Assembly (NCBI RefSeq): GCF_035594765.1
Contig: NC_085843.1
Coordinates: 43,973,955 to 44,037,954, forward strand
DNA from: Anolis carolinensis
Taxonomy: Eukaryota
Reading direction: 5' to 3'
Length of the DNA: 64,000 nucleotides
Positions within the stretch are counted from its first letter, which is position 1; each line of letters starts with the position of its first letter. Positions 40,137-51,776 of the stretch are shown in pieces. The notes beneath the pieces were generated by a model, which made no database searches, was not told the origin of the DNA, and saw only the letters and a list, made by a program, of their open reading frames with translations. A program made the position numbers and the translations under genes.

Positions 40137-41088
40137 ACATTCCCCCACTCTTCAATCAGAGGAGAAAGAGACTGAGTTCAGCTGGAAAAAGTGTACTTTA
40201 AAGCAGGCATGAGCTGTTAGGAATTATGGGAGTTGAAGTCCAAAACATCTGGAAGGCCCAAGTTTGTCCATGCTTAATTTAAAGCCATTGTGCAGTCCAG
40301 GCATGTGTTGACAGTGCCAACTATTTATAAGAGCTAACTATTGGATGGTAGTTCCTGAGAAAATGAGAAATCTCCCAGAGGCTCTTCCACACAGACATAT
40401 AACCCAGAATATCAAGGCAGACAATCCACAATATCTGAACTGGGTTATCTGAGTCCACACTGCCATATAACCCAGTTCAAAGCAGATAATGTGGGATTTT
40501 ATACAGCTGTGTGGAAGGGGCCAGATTCCTTGTAAAAGGCCTCTGATATTCAGCAGAAATCCAAAATTGTCCACCTGGGAGGCTGAGATGTTGACACTTT
40601 GCTTTCTAAGGATTCCACCTGCACAAGCACATTTCATGCACATTATGATTATTATTAATACAAAGATATAATGCAGCTGTCAAGTTGCAATTGGCTTATT
40701 AAATTGGTATGTGAACACTTATTATTGATTTCATGTGTCGTCGAAGGCTTTCATGGCCGGAATCACTGGCTTGCTATGTGTTTTCCAGGCTGTATGGCCA
40801 TCTCCCTGAAGCATTCTCTCCTGATGTTTTGCCCACATCTATGGCAAGCATCCTCAGAAGTTGTGAGGTCTGTTGGAAACTAGGCCAGTGGGGTTTATGT
40901 CCAGGGTAGGAGAAAGAACTCTTGTCTGTTTGAGGCAAGTGTGAATGTTTGATTCAGTTGGTGTGCTTTACTTGAGATTGCCACCAAGATAAAACTAAAC
41001 AATTCAACTGTTGAATCTCTTTAGACAGATCTCTGAAGCAAATATAGACTGAATTTTCAAGAAGCCTTTGCTTTTCCTTTCAAGCAAC

Positions 41089-41094
41089 ATGAAT
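41089..41094 (+). CDS. Candidate FAM172B start-codon exon (ATG AAT|gtaagt)
   Basis: Kozak AACATG, consensus donor GTAAGT at 41095; phase 0 matches the acceptor at 43030. Confidence 0.5.
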
Positions 41095-43030
41095 GTAAGT
41101 ATGTTCTAGATATCAAAGTTTATGATAACTGCACTCCCCTTTTTTGGAACAGGGTGACAGAACAATACTATAGAAATAAGTAAGGATGAACAAGTTAATC
41201 ATGTCAACAACAGGAAAAAAAAATTGTCTCAGCCCTTAGATTCCCAGTTCTTGGGGCAAGGAATAGGAATCTCAAGCTCCGAATGCTGCATATTTTTTCT
41301 TAATTCAAGCTTAGTGGGGTTTTTTAATTGAATGGCAGCCCTCTATTCTGGTTGATGCTTAATATAGCATACTTAATAGCATCACCAGAGACTCCCCTTT
41401 GTTGCATCACTAGGCCCCCTTTTCTGTGATGATGGGTCATCCCTAGCTCTCAGGTTTTGGACCTGGCACAGTTCTGACTGGGTAACTCTGGCCTCCACTC
41501 TGAAATTGTCTGTATTTCTATCAGCTGCTTCTGTGCCCAGCTGCCTACAGATAGTACCAGGATATCTAATGGTTCTTAATACTACAGATGTTCCCAGCAT
41601 TCTGGAGTTCTTGGAATCGTTTATTTTTTGAAACAAAGACACTTTCATGAAATGACTGTCATGGGAGGCTTGAATTACTGTCATGGAATATCTGGCCAGT
41701 CACAATCCAGAAGGCAAATTAATATGACTAAAAGGTAGAGTCAAGAGAGGGTGTTCCCCGGCACCAAAGTACTCTTCTGAATTTTCAATCTTCTGATCCA
41801 ACCATGTTTCAGAAGGTCAAGCTCACAATGTCCAGAAATAAGCAACAAATCCCTGAAACTGAGTACAAGATGGGGGTGGGGTTGTTTTTTTAATTGAAAA
41901 TCACATAAAGCGAAATAAAATACCAATTTTACATAAAACGAAAGTAATGAACAAAGAGAAACACATAGGTTAAATATTGATCTCACTGTTAAGGCAGGTT
42001 TTCCTTTTGAATATTTCTGATCTTGTTTCCCAATTCCCAAAATTACAGAAGTTTTATTACTTCAGCAGAAAACTAACGGGTGCTCTCTGGACAGCCAGAT
42101 GTACCACACCCAGCACAAAGAAAATTGTTGCAATTTATAGTTCACAGACAATCATACAGAAATATACTAACATACTTTTCTTCTTGGCCCACCTCTCAAC
42201 TCCTCCCAGTTCCATCTCCTGATTTTGTCTCTCCTAGTTGCTGCACTGAGCATTTTTGCAACTCTTTTTATCTGTTATTTTCCCAAGCCGAATTTAGCCA
42301 GGACTTGAAATCACATTTCAAAATGGCAATACAGAAATTATCCTAAAATTGCTAAAAATTATATTTCAGTCAATTACATCTTCACCTCCACTCTTGAACC
42401 AAAAACAGATGTGCAATGCTACATTTTTCCATTCCCATACCAGATACACACACACACACAACACGTTTGTGAGTTTGACTTTTGGCAATTTGATTATTGG
42501 CAAATTTTATTAAGATGTTATTTCTAGGAATCTTTGAGTCCTCCAGTGAAATTCTGTGGTCTTGGCAGCACTGTGACCACAGCCAAGTTCCCCTACAACG
42601 GAACAATCTTTCAGATACTCTTTCATCTGTGACTGTTGTCCATGGCCTTCAACAATACCCTCAACATTGATTTCACCTTTTAAAAAAATCACTCATCTTC
42701 ATGTATTAATCAATTGCCACTTCACTGTACTTACTTCTGAGCCAAAAAACCACATAATTCCAACAAGGACCCACAAGTAAAACATGCAGAAAAACCAAGC
42801 AAAATATTTATGTCTGCAAAGTAAATCAGCTCTGCATACACACACACAGTCAACACACACAACACACACCAAAACAACAGTAAGACAACTAGACCACACA
42901 CAACACATTTTCACCTATCATTCCTCCTTTTTTAGCCTCATTACCTGAACAGATAAAAGGTGATTTCGTTATCAGAATCTGAAAATACTTCAAAAATTAT
43001 GTTTTTGACATATTTTCCTTGAATTTGCAG

Positions 43031-44077
43031 TGGTTACAACTAAATGAAGACCTGAGCTTGAAGAGGTTTATAAATGATTCAGGGTGTCCAGAAAACCTCA
43101 AATATGACTTTAACAAAAACGGTGAACTCAGACATGAAGATACCAATGAACCTTTTATTTTTAATTATTACCATTCTTATAATGGCAATCACAAACGCTA
43201 TCAAATTCTTGGATATTCGATTACTCAGTATATATATGAACTTCTGGAAAAGGCTTTTAAGCTGCAAAAGACTTATATCCCAATAGATGCTCCGGTCAGT
43301 AACCTTTGCACTTTCTTTTTTATGAGTGAGAATGCATTAACAAATTGCTCCACTCTAGTTGTCCTTCTTCAAGACCAAGGACCATCTCGTGCGGGTCAGT
43401 GGGGACAGAAGACCATAATTCATGAAGGTCTCCAACACGGATCTCAAATACCATTCATTGCAATGGCTCTGCAGTGCTCTTGGGGTGTGATTGTTTTAAA
43501 CCCCAATGACAATTTCATTGATCTAAAAATGGAATCCAAAATCCCAGACTTCTCTGAGGAAGATTCTGCCTCTTCTCTGCAGTTACCTTGGGTAATCCCA
43601 AAGAGGTGCAGCAAAAGCCCTGAAGAACATACAACATATGTTTGGGACCACTTCATTTCAAAAACCACAGCTAGAAATGTGGCTTTCATTGCCCATGGCT
43701 ATGGGGGATTGGTTTTCGTCAACTTGCTTAGGCAGAGATCTTTAGAGGTGATGAACAAAGTATATGCTGTTGCGCTTATTGATTCCAAACACCACATAAT
43801 GCACCAGACGCAAGGTGATTCCCAGCTGCAGGAATGGATACAGAGACACTGTCGAAAGTGGGTAGCAGACAGTAAGCCTTTGGATAAGACAGTTGGCTGC
43901 TTTATGAAAGTCGATTGCCCTAGTGTTTCTGCAGGAACTGAAAAATACAGCTTGGTGCCTTCTTTTAGTCTACAGTCCATCTTCAAGTATTTAAAAAATA
44001 AACTGAAAGTTGGCAGTAGAAAACGTTTTGTTCGTTCGCCTATTGCAACAAGGAGCAGAAAAGTAATGAAAATGTAA
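43031..44077 (+). CDS. FAM172B: FAM172B/ARB2B-like Arb2-domain alpha/beta-hydrolase-fold protein, main exon
   Basis: Uninterrupted ORF with FAM172 motifs (Y.FN..GELR, RAGQW, GSQIPFI, GVIVLNPN.N, SPEEH..YVWDHF, DCP.VSAGT); tttgcag acceptor at 43030; position next to SENP7 and TRMT10C matches human FAM172BP. Confidence 0.88.
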   Translation, partial: WLQLNEDLSLKRFINDSGCPENLKYDFNKNGELRHEDTNEPFIFNYYHSYNGNHKRYQILGYSITQYIYELLEKAFKLQKTYIPIDAPVSNLCTFFFMSENALTNCSTLVVLLQDQGPSRAGQWGQKTIIHEGLQHGSQIPFIAMALQCSWGVIVLNPNDNFIDLKMESKIPDFSEEDSASSLQLPWVIPKRCSKSPEEHTTYVWDHFISKTTARNVAFIAHGYGGLVFVNLLRQRSLEVMNKVYAVALIDSKHHIMHQTQGDSQLQEWIQRHCRKWVADSKPLDKTVGCFMKVDCPSVSAGTEKYSLVPSFSLQSIFKYLKNKLKVGSRKRFVRSPIATRSRKVMKM

Positions 44078-44817
44078 GAGTGTATGTGATTTATGCCTGT
44101 TTTTCTTCTTCTGCGGAAGATGTACACTGCCATAGACTCCTCAAGCCCATTTGCAATGCATATTTTATTTAAGTATGGGAAACTACTTATTTTGAGGAGG
44201 TTTGGTTATAACTAAGTTATGAAATATCTAATTCTGAATTACAGTTGTTTATGTTCTATTTCAGTTGAGTGTATTTCGAAATGTAGCATTCCTTTGTACT
44301 TAACATATTACAAAACACTGTGTCAAGAACCTCAAAAACAGCACTCGTCCTTTCAACTCGCACTGATATGAGATTGTCATTCTGTATGAATATATCAATA
44401 TATGACAGTAATAGATGCAAAACACTGGGTCTGAAAAGTTTGTGAACTGCATGATTTACATGATTGTGGTTTTGGACATAATGTGTTCATTGAATTGCCT
44501 GGAACTAATTTTGTTTTAATAGGATACACAACCAGTAGAATTATTTCTATATATACCAACAAATACCCCTATTGCAGTTTTCCTGATTAAAACTAGTAAG
44601 TATATTGCAATCCTGAACAAGTGAAATTAGAGATTCATCAACTTACTTATGTACATAACTTTATTCAGAGAATGAACAAATGACAGAATGTCTGTCCCCC
44701 TGGAAGATGATCAATATGATCCTCAGGATAAATAAATATAAATATATTCCTTCAAAGGTGATAAAACATTCAATAAAGACTTGAATAAGCAGTCTCTCTT
44801 TTCTTCAGATGAGGCAT

Positions 44818-44983
44818 TTAAATGTCTTGGTAGAGAAGGTCATATTTGGGAATATTCTTTGGATCAATTGGACTTCGTACAATGAGTTTTCCACGCATTG
44901 CTCCACGGTAAATCACCTCAATCAAATCTATGAAGTCTTGTTTTGTTTTGAAACTTCCCACAAATTTTGTGTGATCTGGAGAT
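44818..44983 (-). CDS. TXNL4B: TXNL4B coding exon 3 ([35 protein letters not shown]...DLLYQDI*)
   Basis: AG acceptor at 44984-44985, TAA at 44818-44820; near-identical to the recalled human DIM2 C-terminus. Confidence 0.95.
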
Positions 44984-45488
44984 CTAAGTAGGGGGAAAAA
45001 AACTCAAATGTAAATGAAAGCAATAATAATTTGGAGTGTACATTTTAAATATTTATGATTTGAAATCTGAACTTTAAACTCATCTATTAATCTTTTAAAT
45101 AAAACATTTTGAAAAATCAGGGGATCACTATAAATTAACAGGCAATTTGAAGGCACATATCCACATATATATTTAGGATTGAAGATAAAGTTTCCTGGTA
45201 TTTTGAAGTACATACAATTTAAATTTGTACGTACAGAATACTCCAGGATTGAAATTCACAATGAAATGAGATCTATACACATAGCATAGATGAATGAATG
45301 ACACAAATATTTCCTGCTGTAACAGTTTGGAAATGCAAAGCAATGGGCAGAGGGAATCATAATATGCATACACTTAAGGAACTGACACATAGTTTGATCA
45401 CTGGCACAATTTTAGCATCATAAATTATCTCCCACAAGCAATGAACACCCAATTGAACTACACATGGATTACATACAAGCCAACTTAC

Positions 45489-45640
45489 CCATAATCAACT
45501 TTCATGTGCTGCCCGTTGAAAAAGAAGACTGTTGATGGAATATAGCTGATGTCAAAATATTGTGTGTAAACTGGTACTTTGCTTACATCCACCAAATAAA
45601 TTGTGGCCATTTTGCTTAAGTCATGAGATGTCTTTGCAAG
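45489..45640 (-). CDS. TXNL4B: TXNL4B coding exon 2 (LAKTSHDLSKMATIYLVDV...FFFNGQHMKVDYG)
   Basis: AG/GTAAGT, 152 nt, phase 0-2. Confidence 0.95.
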
Positions 45641-46197
45641 CTGTGGACAAGGAAAAATAGGTGCTGCATAACTAAAGAGAATAAGAAACCAAGTCTTTAA
45701 TTGACAACCCCTTATTTAGTTATTTGGAAAGCAGTAACAACAGATCCCATTGGGATAAAATTCAAAGACATAATAGCCATGTAAGTCTGGAATATCGGTA
45801 CACAAAGGGATTTTGTAGTACCTTAGAGACTTTTTAAAAGAAAGAAATTGGTAACACATGTTTTCAAAGAGTAACTTCCTTTATGCCTTTTCCCCCTCGG
45901 TTACTAAGTTCTATACGATCTATTTGCATAGTTCTTTTTCTCAGTTTCTTAAGGTACTGCAAGATCCCTTTGCATATTTCTTTAAGTTAGGGTGCATCTG
46001 CGCTGTAAAATTACTGCAGTTTGACAGCACTTTATCTACCATGTCTTAATGCTATGGAGTCGCAGAATTTGCAGTTTTACAAAAATTTTAGCCTTCTCTA
46101 ACTCTGGTGCCTTACCAAATGACAAATCCCAGATTCCATGGTATAGACCCATGGCAGTTAAAGTGGTATCAGACTGCATTCATTTTACAACGTAGAT

Positions 46198-47656
46198 CAG
46201 TGGTTCCCAAACTTATTTGGCCTACCTCCCCCTTTCCAGAAAAAATATTACTCAGCGCCCCCTGAAAAGGGGGTGTGTGGCTTAGAGGGGTGGGCGTGGC
46301 TCCTGCTCAAGAGGCCGGGCTGAGCCTCTCCCCTAGCCCAAGATGCAGGGTGGGGAGGGGGAGGTGGGCGGGGCCACAAATGGGCAGCCAGGACTGGGAT
46401 GGGTGGAGTTACGAGCTCTGAGGCAGGGCTGAGCTTCTATCCCTGTCCTGCAGTGCCTGCCAGGACACAGGGGGCAGGGCCTCTTCCCAATTGCCTGACA
46501 GGGCTGAACCTCTATACCCCATCCCGTGTTCTAACAAACGCCTGAGGGGAGGTATACAGAGGCTCAGCCCTGTCTCGCACTCTTGGGAAGAGGCCCCGCC
46601 CTGCCCTTTAGTCCTAAAAGGCCTCTCAGGAGATGTGATGTCTCATGGGCCTTGTAGTCCCCTTCCTAGTACTATTGTGGCAGACGAGGAGGAAAACATG
46701 GGATTTCCACCGGTTCAGCCAGAATCGGAGCCCCTGCACCTGGAGGATGTTTGCCCTCAAGAAGTCAGCCAAACAAGCCTTGGGCAGAATTCTCCCCCGT
46801 TTTCTCGAAAGGACAATTATAATAGAGATAGAGGAGCTAGGGAGGCGAATCGCCGGAGCGCCAGAATCGCAGCCAAACAATTAGCTGATTAGGTCTGCTT
46901 CCCTTGGGAAATTCTAAGGAGTCATGCATCTGGACAGAGTTGGGTTTCACTTCTAGTTCTCCAGGGAAAGTGTTCTTCGGGCGGGAAACGAGACCCTATT
47001 TAGGTGTTTTGCCGCGAAGGAAACCTTGCGGAGTCAACTCGTCAGCTTGAGGAGTGAGATCGTGTGTGGACTTAGTAATCCCAGTTCCTTGTTTCCCGGA
47101 CCAAGTTCCAAGCCTGCCTTGCTTCACGTTTGACCGCGGACCTCGCCACGGACCTTGTTCTTGCTTCTTGTTTGCCTCGTACCAACTCTTGTTTCGCCAA
47201 GAATCTAGTTTGTTTTCCAGCCTTGTTGTCAAGCTTCAATGGACTAAAAGACCTTGTCATCTCCCCACACTATTGCTTGGCAAAGTGTGTGTTTCGGTTA
47301 TTGGATTATAACTTTGGACCTTAATATCGCATATTGGACATTACTTTCCTGGACTATATTTGACCTTTCCTGAAAGGTCTACTTCTGAACTATATTCTTC
47401 ACTTGTTTTTATTGACTTTATATATTCCTACAATAAAGATATTAGATAGAATCCGGCCTCTGTGCATGGTTATTGGTGTTCTGTAGCCTGGGTCCTGACG
47501 GGAGAGGTATAGATTCTCAGCCCTGTCTCGGGCTCTTGGGAAGAAGCCCCGCCCCTCCCCTGGCTCCGCCCCATGCCCTAATAGGTGCCATCACCGCCCC
47601 CCTGTATTGCTGCAGCGCTCACCAGGGGGCAGTAGCGCCCACTTTGGGAATCACTG
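46198..47656. mobile_element. hAT non-autonomous element interrupted by a solo LTR
   Basis: CAGTGGTTCCCAAA / TTTGGGAATCACTG termini, imperfect TSD xxGTAGAT. Confidence 0.75.
46634..47500 (+). mobile_element. Solo LTR (Gypsy-like)
   Basis: TGT...TGACG ends (CA mutated to CG), 5-bp TSD GGAGA, TATTTA box near 46997, AATAAA near 47432. Confidence 0.75.
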
Positions 47657-48077
47657 GTGTAGATGAACCCCCCTAGTATTCTCTAAGGTGCTTCAGATCC
47701 CTTGACAGACTACTATTTATATTACATATTGTATATACTACAACTTTTAATAAAATATATAATACTAATAGTATAATATACTGGTGGTATATTGTATGTT
47801 TTGTGGTATAATAACATATTTATTTATTTATTGTGTCAGAACCAAATTGAGCATACAGCTATAATGTTTAAAAAAACACAAAGATAAAAACTTGGCATTA
47901 CGCTAAATTCCCCTTGACCAGAAGCTGGCCACTTAAGTGCCTCTGGTGTTGCTGTAACAAGATCCTCCATTGTGCATGTCGCAGGGCCCAAACTGCATTG
48001 CGGTAAGTAGTCTGTGGTTTGTTCTTCTCCATACTCACATTGTGTATAATAATATAGTACAATAATATATAATATTA

Positions 48078-50502
48078 CTAGCTGTGCCCGGCCACGCGTT
48101 GCTGTGGCTTTTTTTTAGTGATGTTGGTCAATCTACATTGGGTTTTATTTTTGTTGTGACCGTCAACAAAAATTATACAGTATTATTTATTCATTTATTA
48201 CATTAAAGACATATGATAGGATATTACGCTATAACATATACGACTATTTCACAATATTAGTAGTAATATATATATATATATATATATTGTTTTGTTTTGT
48301 TATTAGTATTATATTGTAGTGTATTATAATATTATTAGCAGTATTATATGTATATACAATGTATTGTATTATATATGTATTGTATTATTATATATATTAA
48401 TATATTGCAAATTGGCCCCAGAGTACGGAATGGCCTTGTAGTTTCAAAGCTTGGGTGGTTCCATGTGTTAGAGGGGGGGAATGCTTTGTTGGGAGGTGCT
48501 AGGTGGTCCTGATTGTTTCCTGGATGGAATTTGTGTGTTTTCAGACTGTTGTTGTTTATTTACTGTGCTGAGATGAGAGAGTGATGAGTACGGAATGGCC
48601 TTGTAGGTTCAAAGTGTGGGTGGTTTCCTGTGTGAAGGGGGGAATCCTTTGGTGGGAGGTGTTAGATGGCCCTGATTGTTTCCTGGATGGAATAGCTGTG
48701 TTTTTAGAGTGTTGATCTTTATTTACTGTCCTGAGATGATATTGTTGTGTATTATTGTACCACAGTAATTATTTCATATTACAGTAGAATCTCACCCAAC
48801 ATTCGTTTATGCAATGTTCTGGATTATGCAATGGAGTCTGCCTTTTAATAGTCAATGTTTTTGGAGTGAGTGTTTTTAATGTATTGTGATATTTTGGTGG
48901 TAAATTTGCAAATACAGTAATTACTACATAGCATTACTGCGCATGGAACTACTTTTTGTGTCAAATTTGTTGTATAACATGATGTTTTGGTGTTTAATTT
49001 GTATAATGATGACCTAATTCGATGTGTAATTGGTTTTCCTGAATCCCTTCTTATTATCCAACATATTTATTTATGCAACGTTCTGCCGGCTTGTTTATGT
49101 TGGATAAGTGAGATTCTAGTGTATATTTATAATGTGATATTATTTGTTTAGAAGTGGATTATATGAGGCGCCTTCTGTTATAACAATAATAATTATTATA
49201 GTCTTGAATGATTATCATTGTGATAAAAATAATAACTACTTATTAGTTGTTATTATATTGTTGAATGATTATCAATGTTATAATAATAATTATTAATTTG
49301 TGAATGATTATTACTATAATAATAATAATAATAATTTTCTATTATTACGATTTGTTAATACATTGTTGAATGATTGTCAGTGTTATAATAATAAGAACTG
49401 ACTATTATTATGAATTATTATGTTCTCGAATGATTATCAGTATTATACTAATAATAAATTAGTATTATTATTGGTGATTATTACATTCTTAACTGATGAT
49501 CAGTTATTATATTAATAATTATTACAGGGAAGGGAAAGGTGAGGGCGATAGGGTTTGAGAGGGGAAAAAGGGGGGCTTCTGAGGCATTGGAGGGGTTGTA
49601 ATTTGTGGGTGAGAACAACAACAACAATAACAACAACAGAAAAGGGGGAAGCTCAGCCTGGGCCAACTGGGGCCTTCCCTTGACTTGTTTTGGGCGCCAA
49701 CTTCCACCCTTCCTGGCCTGAGGCTCTTTCCTTTTCCCCATCAGCCGTTTAACCGGGTGAGGGGGAAAAGGAAGGGCTCTGAGGCCAGGAAGGGCGGGGG
49801 TTGGCGCCCCAAACAACTCGAGGGGAGGTCCAGGCCTGCTCGAGGGCCGTGCCCTCCTCTTCCCCCCTCACCTTGAAGAGCTTGAAGACCTCCGAGAAGA
49901 ACCGAGAAGGGAGGAGGAGGAGAGAGGGTGAGGCGGGGGGGGGGGCTCTGCGGGGCCTTCCTCGCATTGGGGGGAGGGGAGAGGGGCGGGAGGAGGGGGC
50001 CTGAACGGCAACCGGGGCCCTCCATGGGCCCTGAGGGGGGGGAGATTGAGGGGGAGAGGGCAGAGAGCGACGTGAGGCCCGCACGCCTCCCAGCGTGGCC
50101 TCCTCCATCCCGCGCCCAGCAAGGAATCGGCCTTCCTGCCTTCCTTCCTTCAGCTCTGAGGCGAGGTGTGTGTGTGCGCGCGCGGGAAGGGATGGGGGGG
50201 TGCGCGCAGGCGCACATCGCCTGTTGCAGTTTTTGGCCGTTTGTGGCCCTGTGATTGTGTTTGTCATATAAATCTTACTGGAGCCGCGCGAGCGCCATAA
50301 AGGGTTGAAGCATGGTGTTTTTGCGCATGCGTACTTAGTTTTGGCATTTTTTGGTGTTGTGATAGTATTTTATGTGTAAATTTGTTGTATCTTACTGGAG
50401 GCGGGGATGATGGATTGCGTTGCCAATTTTCGAGTTTGGGGGGGCTGTAGATTTGTTGTTTTGTCCATCGCCGTGATGCCATCACTCTTTTATATATATA
50501 GA
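48078..50502 (-). mobile_element. Non-autonomous composite Helitron carrying TE fragments and a GC-rich captured segment
   Basis: 5' TC and 3' hairpin+CTAG identical to 22299-24447; A|T insertion site; no TSD. Confidence 0.88.
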
Positions 50503-50894
50503 TGCAATGCTAATAATATAACATATATTGTAGATACATATATTAATATTGTAATGTAATACAATCTAGTAAGAATACAATATAATATATAATATTGTAA
50601 TATAATACAATATTAATACTGTATATTAATTATAATACTACTGATATAAGATAAACTGATAATACTTTTTATTATTGTAGTAAGTGCCACAAGATCCTTT
50701 TGCAAACAGAACCCAGACTGACTGACATGAAAGAGGGTCATATAATATCTTTATGCCACTGCTATATAATCCAGTTTCTGAATACAGGTTAACTGCATGG
50801 AACTAGTTTTATATGGCAGTGCAGACCCATAGTATCCACTTAAAAGAAGCTAATTTACATCCAGAAACTGGATTACATGGCAGTATAGATCCAA

Positions 50895-51696
50895 TGTGTA
50901 GTCGAAGGCTTTCATGGCAGGAATCAATGGGTTGCGGTGAGTTTTCCGGGCTGTATGGCCATGTTCCAAAAGCATTCTCTCCTGACCTTTCACCCACATC
51001 TATGACAGGCATCTTCAGAGGTTGTGAAGTCTGTTGGAAACTAGGCAAGTGGGGTTTATATATCTGTGGAATGTCTAGGGTGGGAGAGAAAGCTAATGTC
51101 TGCCTGAGGCAATTGAGAATGTTGCAATTGGCCACCCTGATTAGAACTGAATGGCCTTGCAGCTTCAAAGCCTGGGAGAATCCTTTGTTGGGAGGTGTTA
51201 ACTGGTCCTGATTGTTTCCTGTCTGGAATTCCCCTGTTTTCAGAGCGTTGTTCTTTATTTACTGTCCTGATTTTTAGAGTTTTTAAAAATACTGGTAGCC
51301 AGATTTTATTCATTTTCATGGTTTCCTCTTTTCTGTTGAAATTGTCCACGTGCTTGTGGATGTCAATGGCTTCTCTGTGTGTACTCTGGCATGCTAGTTG
51401 TTAAAGTGGTCCAGCATGTTCTCAAATAATATGCTGTGTCTAGGTTGGTTCAGGCAGGAAGCAGCCGGGCTTTGAAGCTGAAGGGCCATTCAATGGTAAT
51501 CCAGCTGGACAATTGCAACGCTCACACTTATCTCAGGCAGACAAGAGTTCTTTCTCCCATCCTGGGCCTTCCATTTGCCTGGTTTCCAACAGACCTCACA
51601 ACCTCTGAGGATGCCTGTCACAGATGTGGGCGAAACGTCAGGAAAGAATGCTTCTGGAACATGGCCATACAGTCCGGAAAACTCACAGCAACCCAG
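50895..51696. mobile_element. Penelope-like element with inverted terminal copy (GIY-YIG remnant)
   Basis: EAIDIHKHVDNFNRKEE on the minus strand; inverted copy of the terminal repeat at 51450-51696. Confidence 0.75.
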
Positions 51697-51776
51697 TATA
51701 GATCCAGCCTGAGGGAAGTGCATCGTTTTTCTCCTCCTGTGGAAAGACATAGAGACAAGAAACAAAAGCTGCTCAC

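Noticed and set aside
43019-43030. TTG start of the FAM172B ORF in the track
   Set aside because: Coincides with a splice acceptor (tttgcag) and is probably intronic
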